NCBI RefSeq assembly: GCF_009834535.1
Contig: NC_045696.1
Span: forward strand, 34,226,001-34,290,000
Source: Camelus ferus
Lineage: Eukaryota
Direction of reading: 5' to 3'
DNA length: 64,000 bases
Shown here: in pieces, positions 38,150 to 51,990 of the stretch
How the letters are laid out: every line of letters starts with the position of its first letter
How positions within the stretch are numbered: position 1 is the stretch's first letter
The notes under the pieces: model-generated
Databases searched by the model: none
Told to the model about the DNA's origin: nothing
The model's input: only the letters and a program-made list of their open reading frames with translations
Translations under genes and position numbers: made by a program

Positions 38150-39265
38150 TACCAACAGTGTCAACATTCAGAAACTCTGCTATACTGGAAGTTATCCAAA
38201 GGCTTACAGAGATCAGAATGTTAGAATGGATTTATCATGGAAAGCCTGTTTACCCATTCATTAACTGTATGCCCTGGAAAGGTCCAGAGGAACTCTCTTC
38301 ACTACATACAGTTATGAGAAATAAATACATTTGTAAGGGGGAACCCATTATCTTTGAAAAACTCTGTGGTGGCCATTATTCTCTGTACACCAGAAATGAC
38401 AAATGGAACAGCTATTACCAAAATAGGCTGCCTGAATTCAATAGGGATGATGAGATTCCAGAGTGGCAGGAATCAAGTGGCAAACTTAATTGCCTAAAAA
38501 AGATGAACATGGTTACCATAGTAAGCTCTAGAATTGAACCAGCTTCAGAATATTCAGACCTGCATGGATCTTTAGTTTTAACTAATTGATCATAATAGCT
38601 CTAGAACTGAAATAAATAAACAATCTAATGGTCTTATTTAACTTATATAAGTAGAAAACTTCCAGGTCTGGTAAACAGAAATCTGACTTACATCACCACA
38701 CTAGAAAGTCAAAGCCCCTTCGCCAGTTCCCACAGACTGGAGCAGTGCACAGACCCAGAGTCCTTTAAATGAAAGGGAGGCAGGGGCTCTCTTGAAAATA
38801 TCCTCTACAATGCCAAAAATTTGTACTGTAAATTTTCCTTTTTGATTCTCCTACAGTCTCTAGGATAATGGCACATTGGAGAGATATCAACATTTTCAGT
38901 TTTTTGGACACTGGCTCTTAACTGACACTAATTCCTGGAGACTCAAAACACTATTGTCATCCAAAAGTCAAAATAAAGACTTAGAGGGATGAGGTGATCA
39001 ATGGAGTTTGGGTTCAGTGAGCCAGTGTGTCCTCAAAACCCTCATGTGATTATCTCCTCTGTTTCAGAATGCAAAATTGCCATAGGCATATTCAGTTCCT
39101 GATAGAATTCCCGTGTTGGCTTCTTGACCAATGAAGAAAGGGCTATTATGGTAGAAAAAGTCAGGTAGAGGCCACTAGAACTGCTTCTAGCTAACGAATA
39201 TTAAACCAGTGGCAATACTACATTCCTTAAGGGATTTCAATAATTAGTGTCATTATCAAAGTCTG
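38150..39265 (+). mobile_element. ERVL-class internal remnant (gag-pro), decayed
   Basis: IQRLTEIRMLEWIYH...PWKGPEE resembles ERVL Gag; the aspartic protease motif reads LDTGS*LTLIPGD at 38904-38942 with an in-frame stop. Confidence 0.85.
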
Positions 39266-41921
39266 GTGATGGGAAAGCACAGAGAGCAATCCATAACACG
39301 CAACCTAGGTTTCTCTGAACCCAGGCCTTCTTACCTAAGACACAAGGAGAGTGAACTTTTATTATTTCCTAGTTCTACAATCATAATTTCTGAGGTTTTC
39401 TTCAAAGCAGCACTTCTGATGAGTAGAATGGGTGAAACATCATACCTGTGCAGCTACAGAATTTATTTCCAAAGCCCACCTGATCAGAGATCTTGTCAGA
39501 GAAATAGAACTGTAGGGCCCAGGAGCTATCAGAGATCGATGCAAGCCAATCCTTTCTTATATGGTTAAAATGATTTTCCTTGGTCACTATTATAAAGCCC
39601 TCCCAAAATCCTCCATAATTTTTCCCTAAAAGTGGAGTTAATTCAACTAAATGTAATTCAGTCTCTAATTTCAGTTTAATATACATATATACTCTTAATA
39701 TACATACATAATACATAGTTAATATACATACTCCTAATATGCATACAATAGCAGTGTTATTAACATGGGGAAGAGACCCTATTGCCCCAGTTGAAATGGG
39801 CCATGAAGGTACAACTTCAAATTTTCTTTCATTCCTTTTGATCGATGTCCCAATGTTCTTCACTCATTTCCTAGATTTTATTTTGTGTGTGTGTGTGAAA
39901 AGTTGTCCATGATTCGTTCTTGTTTAATATGTTCTCTAACTGTGGGCATATTTCCTTATGTTTGAAACTGTTTGTGTTCCCCTCTTTATATCAGGATGAA
40001 ACTTATCATAGGTATTAAGGTTACTAGTAACCCTCTTACTATTGTTTTGGCCATGTCTTATAAATTTTTATATGTGTTATTGCCCTTATCATTTCTTTCC
40101 ATTTTTTTTTAACATTTCTATGGTATGACTTATTCCATTTGTTATCCTTTTGTTCTTTTACTCTCCTACAAATCTAGGGTCACATCTCCTTTCTCCCTCC
40201 TAATATTAGGGTTTTTCCTCTACTCTTTGATCAAAGACTTCAGAGATTTTCCTATATGATACTCTTGAGAAAGAACTCATTCTCATAAATTCTACCAGGG
40301 AGAAAGGCAGTTATTTTGTCGTTGTGTAGTGTTTACAATTCTGTTTCATGAGTTTTGCTTCTATATTAATTTCTTACATCTATGTTTGGTTGATTTTGCT
40401 AAATTTTTTCCTAATTCTGAGTTAAAATCATTTGTTTACCTTTTACTTTTTTATTCAATTAAAAAAGATAAAGGCTATGATCTCTGATTATTCCTTAAAC
40501 TAAGTAAAACAGATTTCTACATATATTGTAGTTTAGTTTTGAGTTTCTGTTTAACCAAAAAAGCTATAAAATTTATTATAATTCTTCGAAGTATTTTTAT
40601 TTTTTTTATTTCCTAAGAGACCTTTAAATTTTTTAACACATGATTTCTTCCAGTGCTACTTTTAAAGGAATAGAGTACAAAGAAATCATTTTGGTAAAGG
40701 TCATAAAGCCAGCTTAAGCCAAGTCTTTGCATTCCCAGGTTTTGTATTTTCCATTCAGCGGCAATCTGTTTGTTTCTTTTAGTATCTATTCTTAATAGTT
40801 ATGTTTTTCTACACTGTAATTTTTCTAGTTAAATGCCTATTTTGTTAATATCATCTCCTACAATATCAATATTATAATTATCTCCTATGAGATTAATGTT
40901 GAAATAATATATATTTTTGAAAAATTAATTTCTTCCCCCACAGCCATAGCCACACACCCATACTCACTCATAGCAGGTTCATCCTAAGACCACCAAAGCT
41001 TTGCCAAAAGTCATTCTATTAGCTTAAAAACAAACAGCAAACATCCTCCCTCAGGTTTTATTTTCTCCTGGATATTTCAGTAGTACTGATTCTGAACATA
41101 GATCCTTTATTGAATTCTAAAATAATTAGTTTTGTTATGTTCTCAAGTATGATCAGAATAACATAATAGCTAAAACATTCATCTTTAGGGTCTCAAAAAA
41201 TTAAACCTTGTATCTGGTGGCACATACTTTAAAAATTCATCTAATGCCTTACAGATTGTAAATATTTTCTTTCTTTGACAAAAGGAAAAACATTTATACA
41301 GAAACTAAGTATATTTCCTATTCAGTATTTTTCCAAATCATAGTTGAATTGTTTCATTGTTGCTATTGTTCTTATATTCCTTCCTAATAAATGCAACCAC
41401 AGAAGTGCCAACCGCTTGGGAAATATGGCTACTTTTTCACAGATATTAATATCAGTAGAAGCAATTGAGCCCTCTGGGAAAAATAAGTCAATCCATTCCC
41501 AGTTTTCAAGACAGATTTTCAAACAGACAGAGAAGAAGCCAGCCATGACATAAGAACCGAGGAGCACTAATAATCATTTCTGTCTCCAAATCTACTCAGT
41601 TTTCAGTAAAGAGGCGTCTCATTTTGGGTGAAGAGAAAAATATTCTACAGTACTACTAATCATGTTAAATCACAATTATCTATATATGTCTTAGAAAATC
41701 TAGTTCAGCAAGCAGTTTTCCTGCCATTTACAAGAGCAGAGAGTCAAGTCCGTCTCATGAGAAAGGCTCAGATTGAAAAGTGGCCAGACATAGGAAGGGG
41801 CCCTTGGCGCTGTTAGACCCCAGCAAGCAGACTGAGGCATGCTTAGAGTGGAGCATGTGGAAGGTGGGGAGAACAAACACACTGGACCTTTTCTTTTCAG
41901 TATTTTGCCAAGGGTTCATTA

Positions 41922-42100
41922 CATGTTCTCATCTCTAGTTGTATAATAGAATCACCTAGGAAGTTTTAAAAGAAAATTCCAATGTCTCTGTTCCATCTCA
42001 AGTCAATTAAATCAGTATCTGTGGAAGTAAGGCTCAGCCATCAGTATTTTTAAAAGCACCTAAGGTGAACTGAAAGTGCAGCTCAGGCTGAGAACTCCTG
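41922..42100. mobile_element. hAT-Charlie MER5-type MITE
   Basis: AGAATCACCTAGGAAG...AATTAAATCAGTATCTGTGG...ATCAGTATTTTTAAAAGCACCTAAGGTGA...GGCTGAGAACTCCTG. Confidence 0.8.
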
Positions 42101-42974
42101 AGCTCAGTTCTGGTCATGTCACCCTCACAGATTTGTCCTTGACAGATTAAGTGCAACAAACAATAGCTACCACTAGAAAATTGAAGAATTATGTCTCCAC
42201 ACCTCTTTGGCTTGTCTCTCAGAAAAGCAAACTTTGACTTGGAGCTGCAGATTTGGGACTTTCTTAATTGTTCTAATATGAGCCTGGCTTTTTCTTTCAA
42301 TATCTCATCTGACTACATAGCACTTACATTTCATCCTTTTAAAACCAGATCCATACTTTTACCATTTAGCTTCCTGAGTATTTTCTAATCAAAACTAATA
42401 GGGGAGGATACTGTTATATCTCCAGATTTATAAGTTAGACAAGACCAAATAGTGAACACTACAGGGCAGAGGACATACAATGAGACCTTGGGGGTGGGTT
42501 TGGACTAACTGTGGAAATCCAACCAGATAAGTATAAGCCAGTGTCCAAGGGGTTCAGCAAATGTCTAAGGTCAAAACTTCTTTGAGTAGATGTTTGGTAG
42601 CAACAATATAAGATAGAAGGCTGAGATACCACAGCAGAAGAGCACAAGGATATGGAGGGGGAAAGTGGAGGATTCGTACTGTAATATTTAGAATCCAAAC
42701 AGAAAGTTGATTATGGAAATAGTGTACATGTATAGCAGATGCCGAGCCACAAGGGCTACACAAGATAAATCCTGGGTCCCAGGACTTATTTCTAGAAGAG
42801 AAAGGTTGATAAAATAGGCCTTCAGAGTAGGCAGAGATAGATTTGGGGCACAACAGCCATGTTAACTAAAATGGGCACTGTCTGCAATGAAGAAATCCAA
42901 AATTAGAATAAAATCCAGAGGATTGAAAAATATCACTAAAAGGATAGTTCTGATCTTTCTATGTGTCCATTCAC

Positions 42975-43195
42975 GCAGCACCTAGTGTAGAATCTAAGAG
43001 TGCAATCTCTGGAGCCCAGATATCTGGATTTGAATTCCAGAACTGCTATTTAGTTTGGGTAACTTAACTCCTCTTTAACATATCCCTTATTTGTAAAATG
43101 ACAGAAAAATAGACCTAACTCCTATTATTTTTATGTAAATAGTTTTAAATTTTAAGAGGATTAAAGGATTAAAATGGTATAAAGACGTAGTGCCC
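42975..43195 (+). mobile_element. MIR SINE
   Basis: AAGAGTGCAATCTCTGGAGCCCAGATATCTGGATTTGAATTCCAG...TTTGTAAAATG. Confidence 0.7.
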
Positions 43196-43599
43196 AATCT
43201 CCTTTTATCATCCTGAACATGTCTCTAAGTCTGTTCCTTCTTTGAGGATAAAGACCAAAAAACAAATAAGAAATAAAACTTTTTAAAAACTTCTACCAAG
43301 TCTGAGATGCCATAAGATATTGCCCAATTCAGGACATTAAAGACACTTTTGGTTACTGTGGTTTTTTTAATCTGTAGGCAGGGTCTGTAAGAAGTACATA
43401 TTCAGGTTTTATTATTTCTTGTGGGAAAAAATACTTTATAGGCTCAGATTTTAATAATAATAATAAACCTTAATCATAGATTGGTATACGTTTTGAAGTA
43501 AATATACAAAGACTAGATGAAAGGATAATTCACTATCGTCTTACTTTGCTCAAACTAAAAAAAAAAAAATCAAGACATAATAGAAAGCTTATATAAAAA

Positions 43600-43765
43600 A
43601 GGCACCCAGAAAATTTTCATTCTAGTCCTGGCATGATAACTACCTACTGTGAGACTGAACAAGTCATAGACCCTTTCTTTGAACTTCAATTTCTTCACTT
43701 GCAAAAGGAGGAGAGGTAGTGTTATGTATGCTAGGTCTCAATTATCCTCCTCAGGTCCAAAGTTG
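43600..43765 (+). mobile_element. MIR/MIR3 remnant
   Basis: TTCTAGTCCTGGC...CTGTGAGACTGAACAAGTCA...CTTCAATTTCTTCACTTGCAAAA. Confidence 0.6.
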
Positions 43766-44067
43766 TATTGCCCTATATAGGAAATTACCTATCAATAAAT
43801 CCTTATTTTATTCAACTATTTTAACTTTTGAAATATTTTTAAAATATGTGGAAGGTTCTTTTCATTGTGAAAAATCCTACATTTTGGCCATCAATCATAA
43901 TTGATGATCAGAGCTGTATGCAAAATATTCTGTTTTCCAAACTCAAATAGCCTATTTCAATCTATATAGAACAACTTTGGGTGAGAAATAATCACCATTT
44001 CTCACAGGCATAGATGCCTTTTCTTAAAATCTGAGAATAAAATCTAGGGAATCTAGTCATATGATCC

Positions 44068-44490
44068 TGTATTGTAAGTTTTTAAGATTTCATATTTTCC
44101 TGATACCTCAGCATGTCTAAAACAGGCTGTGAGCACCATCCAGATGACCAAGTACAACAGTGTGATACAGCTGGTCCCTGCCACAAGTTCCCTTTCTTGC
44201 CCTCCCCTGACTGTGGCTTAGTGACATTCAAACACACCAGTGAAATCCCTTCCTTTTGCTTCTGCAGTCAGCGCTGACCCCTAGTAAAGCGTGTTTGCCC
44301 AGGGGTCCTCATTGTCTCTTGGCTGGCTTGGAGCTCCTCCAATACGACCCACTTTGTGGCATGCTGCACCTCCCCCTTCTAGGATCCTTGAGTATAATGA
44401 ATCTCTTTCAGTTTCATAGCCTCTCTGAGGTGTTGTTGTGTGTCTGCACCAGACTGATCATCAAATAAAATCACTTTTAAGTAATATAAT
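44068..44490 (+). mobile_element. Probable ERV solo LTR (family uncertain)
   Basis: GC-richer ~420-bp block starting TGTA, LTR-like in composition and layout; ends and TSD unclear. Confidence 0.45.
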
Positions 44491-47001
44491 TACTCCTCAT
44501 AATACAGATGCCCACTCTCCAGCATCATCAGGGAGCAAAGTCCAGCTAATAAACACCCCCTTCCTTTACCCCTTTCCTGCCACCATTTCATGGTTCCAGT
44601 TTGTTGGTTGCTCAAGAGATGAGGGAAAGTGACAGTGGCCATTCACCAGCCTGGCTCCAACTTCGATTCACTCTGTATAAGATGAATGTTTCTTGAATGA
44701 TTATTTTAAATTATTCTGCTAAATATGTTTTTTTGCCTACCTTGGTTGGTGCTCAGGTCAAGAAAGCAAAATAAAAACCCTAGCCTGCTACATAAAACAC
44801 AGAATATGATGATCATTTACTCATTTATTTTTGTTAAAACAAGTAAATAATGAAATAGTCTTATTTAACTCCTTTTGTCTTGTGTCTTGATTGAATTGCA
44901 ATAGTTCAAATTTCAAGGAGTCTTAGATAAACTTAGAAACATAATAAACAACTTACTGTTTTAATACTTTCATAGTTAGATTGTGATTTTCCCCATTACC
45001 AAAACCCCATAATATATAGGTAGAAATTACTTTTCTTATTTTAATGTATTGACATTCTGAGCTTATTAACAAAATGCTTTGTTCTCTGAAATCATGTTTT
45101 CATCAAAAATGAAACACAAATACAACAATGTGAGAGCAAAACCTTGGGGCACATTTAGATGTGAAGAGTTATTCAGTAGTGCATCAAAGTTCAATGTCAA
45201 CATATTTTGCTTCCTTCTATGAGAAAATGTAGAAGAAAAATAGGCAGATAAACAAGTTTATTTTTTTAAAAGAGAGCAAAAAGAGGGAAATGGGCTAGAA
45301 GTTTATTTTAGAAGAAATGTCTTTTTTCAGTATTATTCTCCAGGTGTAAATTGTTCAGTCAGAAATATTTCTTTAGTGCTGGACAAATAGAATAAAGAAT
45401 ATACTCATAGTAACAATTCTGACCTATAAGTCATTAATTCCTTACTTTAAAATACCATGTTTTTCTTTAAGAAAAAACAATGCTATATAGATGTTTTTAT
45501 AGCAAGTCGGATTCTACGGCCTTCGTATAAGCTGATAAACTAAATTAACTCATTTATTCATTCAATGAACATTTATAAAGGACCTCCTACTATGTGCCTG
45601 GTATTATCTTTTCTTTAACACTTTACTGATGTATTATTGGGATTCAAGATGATGACTGGAGCTAACTCAAAATAACCTGAGATTGACAGATAAATCCAAA
45701 TTTCAGTCAGTGATTTAAAAATGAGATGAAAGACCAAGCATTCATACTGGCCTGTTAGTACTTTCTTTCTAGAGGGTCAAGTGTACAGAATCCAATCAGA
45801 CCCCCAAATTTCTGCTGTTGCCTGTCAGAGCAATTCATCTTATGGAATGTGGGGCAAAGCTACATACACACTTTATTTAAGCTCAAATTGCTTCTTTCAA
45901 ACCATGTTATTTAGGGTGGAAAACAGGGCATGAGTCATTTACTTTAAATCACTTCTCCCACCCACCTGTAAAAATGTGCAACTTTACGAACTGTGCCTCT
46001 GTGATCTTCTCCTTTTCTCTTGTTCTACAGCCATACACATCCCTTTCTGATGACACTTTACTTCTGTATATTACTTAATATTTCAACTGGGTCTTCCTCC
46101 TAGGAACCATTCCATTTTTGTAACATGATTGTGTCAATTGCTACTCTGATCTTTTATGTGTTTACGTTTTATTATATGTCTCATATATGTTTTAAGTGAT
46201 AGGAAAGATTCATAGTGAGGCATGTATCATTTATTTTTTGCTCTGATGCTCTGCCTACAAGGTCTATTTTATAAGCATAGTAACTGAGAATCAGAGGGAC
46301 TATGAGACTAGCTCATTGATGTTAGTAAACTCCTGAAAGGAATTAGAATAAAAATATTCTTACCTAGAATTTAGTGACTCCCCTTTATCTCTTCCACATT
46401 ATGGTAGATACATGAAAACCCACAGAATAAATGCTGTCTAGAGATGGGAAAAAACCTAAAATGCAAGTGAGAGTTCACTGTCTTCTAGGAGCATGAGCCA
46501 TCCTAGGCTAGTGCCCCTGCTGATTAAGAGTAAGAGATCAAAGACCTTCTAACTTTTTTTGTCCTGCAGTCTCATAAGATCACTTCACAGGGGAGCCTAT
46601 GTTTCTTTTCAGACATTTGGTTATTGTAATTCCACCTCTGCAGAGGCACTGGACAGCAGTCAATCCTCAATATATTGAAGCTTTTAGAAACCTGAAAACC
46701 CTATTGCCAGTTTGATGATTTGCCAAGTCCTGAATGAGAACTGGCTCATTCCTGACAATTTACCAATCATGTAAACTAACAGCACATCTTATACTAAGAG
46801 AAGGACAATAAAAAATAAGTGAGCAAATACATTACCAAGAGCAGATTCTGCTTACTGCAAATATATGTTATGCTTACTACAAATATATACAAAAAGATTT
46901 ATAACCACTTTGTATATTTTAGAAAATTCCAAATGATGCAAAATCAAATTTGAACATGACTTTGCTTTCAGCAAATTTATTTATTCTCAAGTAATATCTT
47001 T

Positions 47002-47086
47002 ATTTTTTTAATAAAAGTACTGGGTATTGAACCCAGGGCCCCATGCATGCTAAGCGTATGCTCTACCACTGAGCTATATCCTCCCC
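47002..47086 (-). mobile_element. tRNA-Ala-derived SINE (camelid vic-1-type)
   Basis: Minus strand GGGGAGGATATAGCTCAGTGGTAGAGCATACGCTTAGCATGCATGGGGCCCTGGGTTCAATACCCAGTAC plus A-rich tail; Pol III A and B boxes; TSD CTCAAGTAATATCTTT / CTCAAGTACTAACTTT (14/16). Confidence 0.9.
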
Positions 47087-47359
47087 CTCAAGTACTAACT
47101 TTAAGTTTTTTAAAACGATGTTTTGGGCTAGAATTTTAGGTTTTACAATTTATATATCAATGTATAAAGACATTATTGCTAATAATAAAACAAAATAGAG
47201 AAAGATTGTATAGGAATAAATATTGTAGTTTTCCAAAGAAAATGCAATTTAATTTATAAGTTGAAAATATCTTTTTTTAATCTGTGAACTACTAACACAA
47301 TTTTGCACAGTTGATGCTGCATTACAAATGTAGGAGTAGTAAGAGACAGTTGACCAGAT

Positions 47360-47590
47360 TAGCAAAGAAGTTTAATTCTAGAGTAACTCTACCTGGGTTT
47401 GAATCTAAGCTCTCCAACTGCCTGTTTAGAAGGCAATTCATTTGACCTTTTTAAACTTCAGTTTCACAGCTTATAAAATTATAACATGTCAGTTGCTGTC
47501 TTATAAGATTTTTGTGAGGATTTAATGAGGATAACCCATGCAAAACCTTAAACCTAGCACTTTTTAAAGTATGCACTACTATTAATATAA
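47360..47590 (+). mobile_element. MIR SINE
   Basis: CTACCTGGGTTTGAATCTAAGCTCT...CTTCAGTTTCACAGCTTATAAAAT...TTGTGAGGATTTAATGAG. Confidence 0.75.
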
Positions 47591-48789
47591 TCAATGTAAT
47601 TTCCCAACAGCTTTTGGTCAACTTGTTTTTTAAGGATTCATAAATCAATATTATCATTCATCTACTGCCTAGAAAATGATTAAAAATGTCTACTCGAAAT
47701 AGGAGACAGTGCTAATGTGAGCTTTTATTACTGTGATATGTTATCACAGAGCATTTCCTGTTCTTTAGATTTCAGCAGAATATCACTCTGTTTTATTTCT
47801 TCCTTTCAAGGAACCCTGACTTAAAATAAAAATAAATCTTATCCAAATATAGCAATTTAGAATTGATTTTAATAGTTTTAGATAAATTATAAATAATGAA
47901 TAGAAATTATAAAACTTTTTAAAAATGAATATAGCAAATACTTTAAAGCACTTACCTGTGTTCCATATCATGGTCAGTTGCAAAAAAGAAAGAAAAGGAA
48001 AGGAGTGATGGGGAAGAGAGGTGGGAGGTTAAATTAAAAATGAAGTATTTTTAAAGAGATTAAAGAGAGAGAGACAGAGAGAAAAATGGAAGAGGAAAAA
48101 CAGATGTGGAGGATCTTTGGGAGACAATCATATTTGAGGGGAGAAAGATAAACACTACCGCCAGAAAAACAATAATGCCCTCAGGTACCTAAGCCAGGGC
48201 AGGTATATAGATGCAAAGAAAGCTATTGGTCTTCTTGCTCTGGTCCATCACAGAAGCCTGGTTTCCTTCTCATGTCACCCATCAACATCTCCTGACTCTG
48301 GGCCAGATTCCCTTGATTTCCAAGTCCAGACATCTTTTTTGAGATTCTCTTCTTCCTTGTTTGCCAATTTGGCCAAAATTGCTCATTTGCTATCCAATGG
48401 TGACCATCCATCAATTGCAGGAGCCAAACAAACCCTCTCCATCTTTTTGTTGTGACCCAGGTATTATAACACTATAAGCCACGCCATTGCTTCTGCCACC
48501 ACCAGGCTGATAAAACTGATTCTTAGAGAATGTCTGCACAACCCACTGAGAGCATCAGATCCCTAAGGGACCTTTCTATTATCAATAAATGTTTATATGT
48601 GTGTAGATCATTAAAGTAGGATCACCCTCAATAACTGAATCTTTGCTTTGGAAAACTCCCTATGGTACTAGAAAATAGTTTAAGACTTTTGGATTGCACA
48701 AGCTTGAAATGAGATTCCTAGGAGGAGAAAATATGTAGAGTTAGCATAGATTTTGTCTTTTATTTTGCCAAGTAAGATATTTTCTTTTT

Positions 48790-49330
48790 AAGGATGCAGA
48801 TTTGTCATTTAACCCTCCTGTTCATTGACATCTATTGCTCTACAGATTAAGTCTCAAATACTTAATGTGGCCTCAGAGGCCTGCAGAATCTAGCCTCCTG
48901 CTGGCTTCCCAGACCATCACGATGATTCATACCCTTTTCTGTTCTCTTCACTTCTGCTCAAGATCTGTGCACATGCTGAGCCCTCTATGTGAAAATTCTT
49001 CCCTCTTGTCACATTCTCCAGTCCAGTTTAAGTATCCCTTTTCATAGAAATAAAACATCACTTATTCCAGACATCCCTGACCAGATTAAACAGGCTCCCT
49101 TTATTACATGTTCTGATAGCACCATGTACATTTCCTTCATAGCATTTTAGCACAGTATAGTATGTATATGTGTGTGCATGAGAGATTGTTTGATAGACTC
49201 TGTTTCTTAACTTAAATGATAAGCTCCATGAAGGAAGAAACCAAGTCTGGTATATTCATTGTTATACTACTTTTTCCTTGGTAACAATTCACATATGGTA
49301 GATGCTAAAAATATTTATTACTGTAACTAA
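48790..49330 (+). mobile_element. L2 LINE 3' remnant
   Basis: TAAGCTCCATGAAGGAAG...CACATATGGTAGATGCTAAAAATATTTATT. Confidence 0.7.
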
Positions 49331-51659
49331 TAGGAGAAGCAATCCTATCACTTTCAATTCCTTTTAAAAGGTTATTTAGCACCAAACAATAAATAAGGAC
49401 TTAATCTTAGCACAGGGAGAGTTTTAAAACTAAATTCAAATAACTTAACAAAAATTTCATTTATGCTTTTCATCCTACTAACTAGAAAAATCCTAATTAT
49501 GTACTTGAAATTAATCTAATATTTATCTTTCTCTGCACCTAGAGATTGATTGTCCCAGATATAAGATACAGCCATGTCATTAGAATATACACATCTTATG
49601 AAATTGGCTGTAATTTTCCTAAAATGGCACAGAAACCAGTTCTCATTAATATAGGATCCTGCTTCCTAGTGATAAGAGCCAGTATAAAAAGGAATCCTCT
49701 CAATTTCTAGCAGTAAGTAACAATAGTTTGGACTTTATTCTGCAAGTTTCTATTGTTTTCTAAGACTGTGTCCACCATATCCCTAGGTTTGTCTTATCTT
49801 GTTACTTGACACCAAAAGTTATCATTTGTGTTGATTTATTTATTTGGTTTTTTTTATTGTCAGTGGAGTGTGATGGGGACTGGAGAACTGAGGTGTTGAG
49901 CCCCAAGTAGGGAATTTCTTCAGTAAAATTAATTAAAGTTTAAGATTGAACATAATATTGGGAAGTGGTTAGTCATATGTCAGTCTATAGACCCCAAGAA
50001 AGAGACAAAAACTTGTATTTGATGTCATTATTGAGCTACTTCTACCCTATGTCTTTTTATTTTTTACTGTTATGAAGTAAACTGAACATTTCATAGTTTG
50101 CACCAACTAGCACTTATTTTTTATTGACATCTTATCTGTCATGGTCCAAGAGGTTCAGATATCAGTAAACTCAGGAACATATAAACTATATACACACACA
50201 TTTGAAAATACAACAGGCCATTTATGTTATAGTTTAAATATGGCTATGCACATGGGAAAACAGATCATTAATCAAATAATCTATCTTTCCTCGCTCAGAA
50301 ATATCACTTCATATTTGGGCTTAGCTGTAATATTTTCCAAAGATTGTTTGTACATTTAGATAGTTACCAAAAAGGATGTAAAAGATTTCTAATTTTTAAG
50401 GATTTAGAACATTCTTTTTTTAAATATTCAGACACAGTATCTATTACAATGCAAGTAGCTCAGCAATATTTGGGGCTAAAAAGTGTCAAGATAATAAGTA
50501 ATTCTAAAATCTGTCCACATATCACATGAAAGTATCTATAATCTGTTTGGATGTTGCAACGCCATGAACAGGCAATTATGTTTAATAGAAGAGGTTCCAT
50601 GGACCTTTGAGTACTAGTGAGCTGACAACAGTGACAGCAGTGTGTCAGTAACCTGTCCTCAAATTTATATTTTAGATTTCTGGAATGAGCAGTATTTTCC
50701 TCTTTGGGGATTTAATATTAACTTCCTGTGTTGACACTGTAGGTTTTGCTATAACTTTTGTTTCACATTTTGCATGAATCTAATCATAAAAGACTTCATA
50801 AAAAATTAAACCAAAGAAAAGACAGTGATCATAGTAACATAAATATGAGATAATTTTACTCAGGTCTTTGTAAATTCTCCCTTGAATAATCACCAGGTAA
50901 CAGTAGAATCTATTCACTGATGTGGCTGGTATTCATTCCTGTTTTGTCATCTCTGTGTTCCTATCATAATGCCTTTGGATCTAAAGCCTGAAGTATGTTG
51001 ACATGTCTAAAATAATGTACATTTAAAAAAATCCATATCCTTATCAGTAAATGCACAGGAAGTCTGGCTGCATACCTTCCCCCATGCTGTGGTAGAGAAG
51101 GTTAGAGAATCTCAAAGGAAATATAGCAAAATGTTATATACCCTGCGGGTACCTGAAACTCAAATCCACCTCTTTCCTCAAGTAAAGAAGCTGCAGTGAA
51201 GACAAGGATACACATTCAAGTCATTTGCATCTTCCAGGAAAATGTTTCAAAAACAAAAATATCTGTTTGAGTATCTACTCAACATTAGAAAATCCACTTT
51301 ACTTTGATGTTTACATATGATGTGTGTGTTTGATCTGGTGGATCAAATTTTGCTTGGGCATCATAATGATGCCCTCTGGGACAGTGTCTGTATTCCATGC
51401 TTTTGCCATACAGAGGAAAGTTAAAAACTTGTGAGAAGTAACAATTGACTGAATACTTTCAAAACTGGATTCTTGAGAAATTACAATAGGAAAAGGAGTA
51501 ATAGTTTGAAGAGGGTAAGTGAATAAAATAACGCCACTGGTGTCTCTTGGGAGCAGTGAGAGACTATAAATTCAAGAGAGTCAATCCAAAACCTGAAACT
51601 GTGATTGGCAATGTGAATATATAGATGGACTGACCTGGTTTCACAAGAATAAATAGAAT

Positions 51660-51990
51660 TCAATACCGGTTCATGAATACCTTCATAGTGTTATCCCTGC
51701 TATGTCAGGCATTGTGCTAGGAACAGAAATTACCGTAATGGTCAAGACAGACGTGATTCCTGACCTCAAGGACCTTACAGACTACAAGACACAATGGAAA
51801 GTTACAGAGGATAATGAGAGAGAGTAACAGAAGGCCTATGCCAGGGAAGGCTGTGCTCAAGAAATACTATTTTAGCTGCGAGCTGATGGGTATGTAAATA
51901 TTAACTTGATGAATGAAGTTGGAAGGCCTGAAAAAGCATCCAGACTATGCAAACAGCATGAATAAAAGCCTGAAGTGAAAAAGAACTTTC
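51660..51990 (-). mobile_element. L2 LINE remnant
   Basis: TGCTATGTCAGGCATTGTGCTAGG...AAGACAGACGTGATTCCTGACCTCAAGGA...AACAGCATGAATAAAAGCCTGAAG. Confidence 0.75.

Noticed and set aside
39402..39863. 153-aa minus-strand ORF
   Set aside because: Runs through a degenerate AATATACATAC low-complexity repeat (~39675-39750); no recognisable domain or splice support.
47015..47086. Functional tRNA-Ala gene
   Set aside because: Acceptor stem does not pair; A-rich tail and TSD indicate a SINE.
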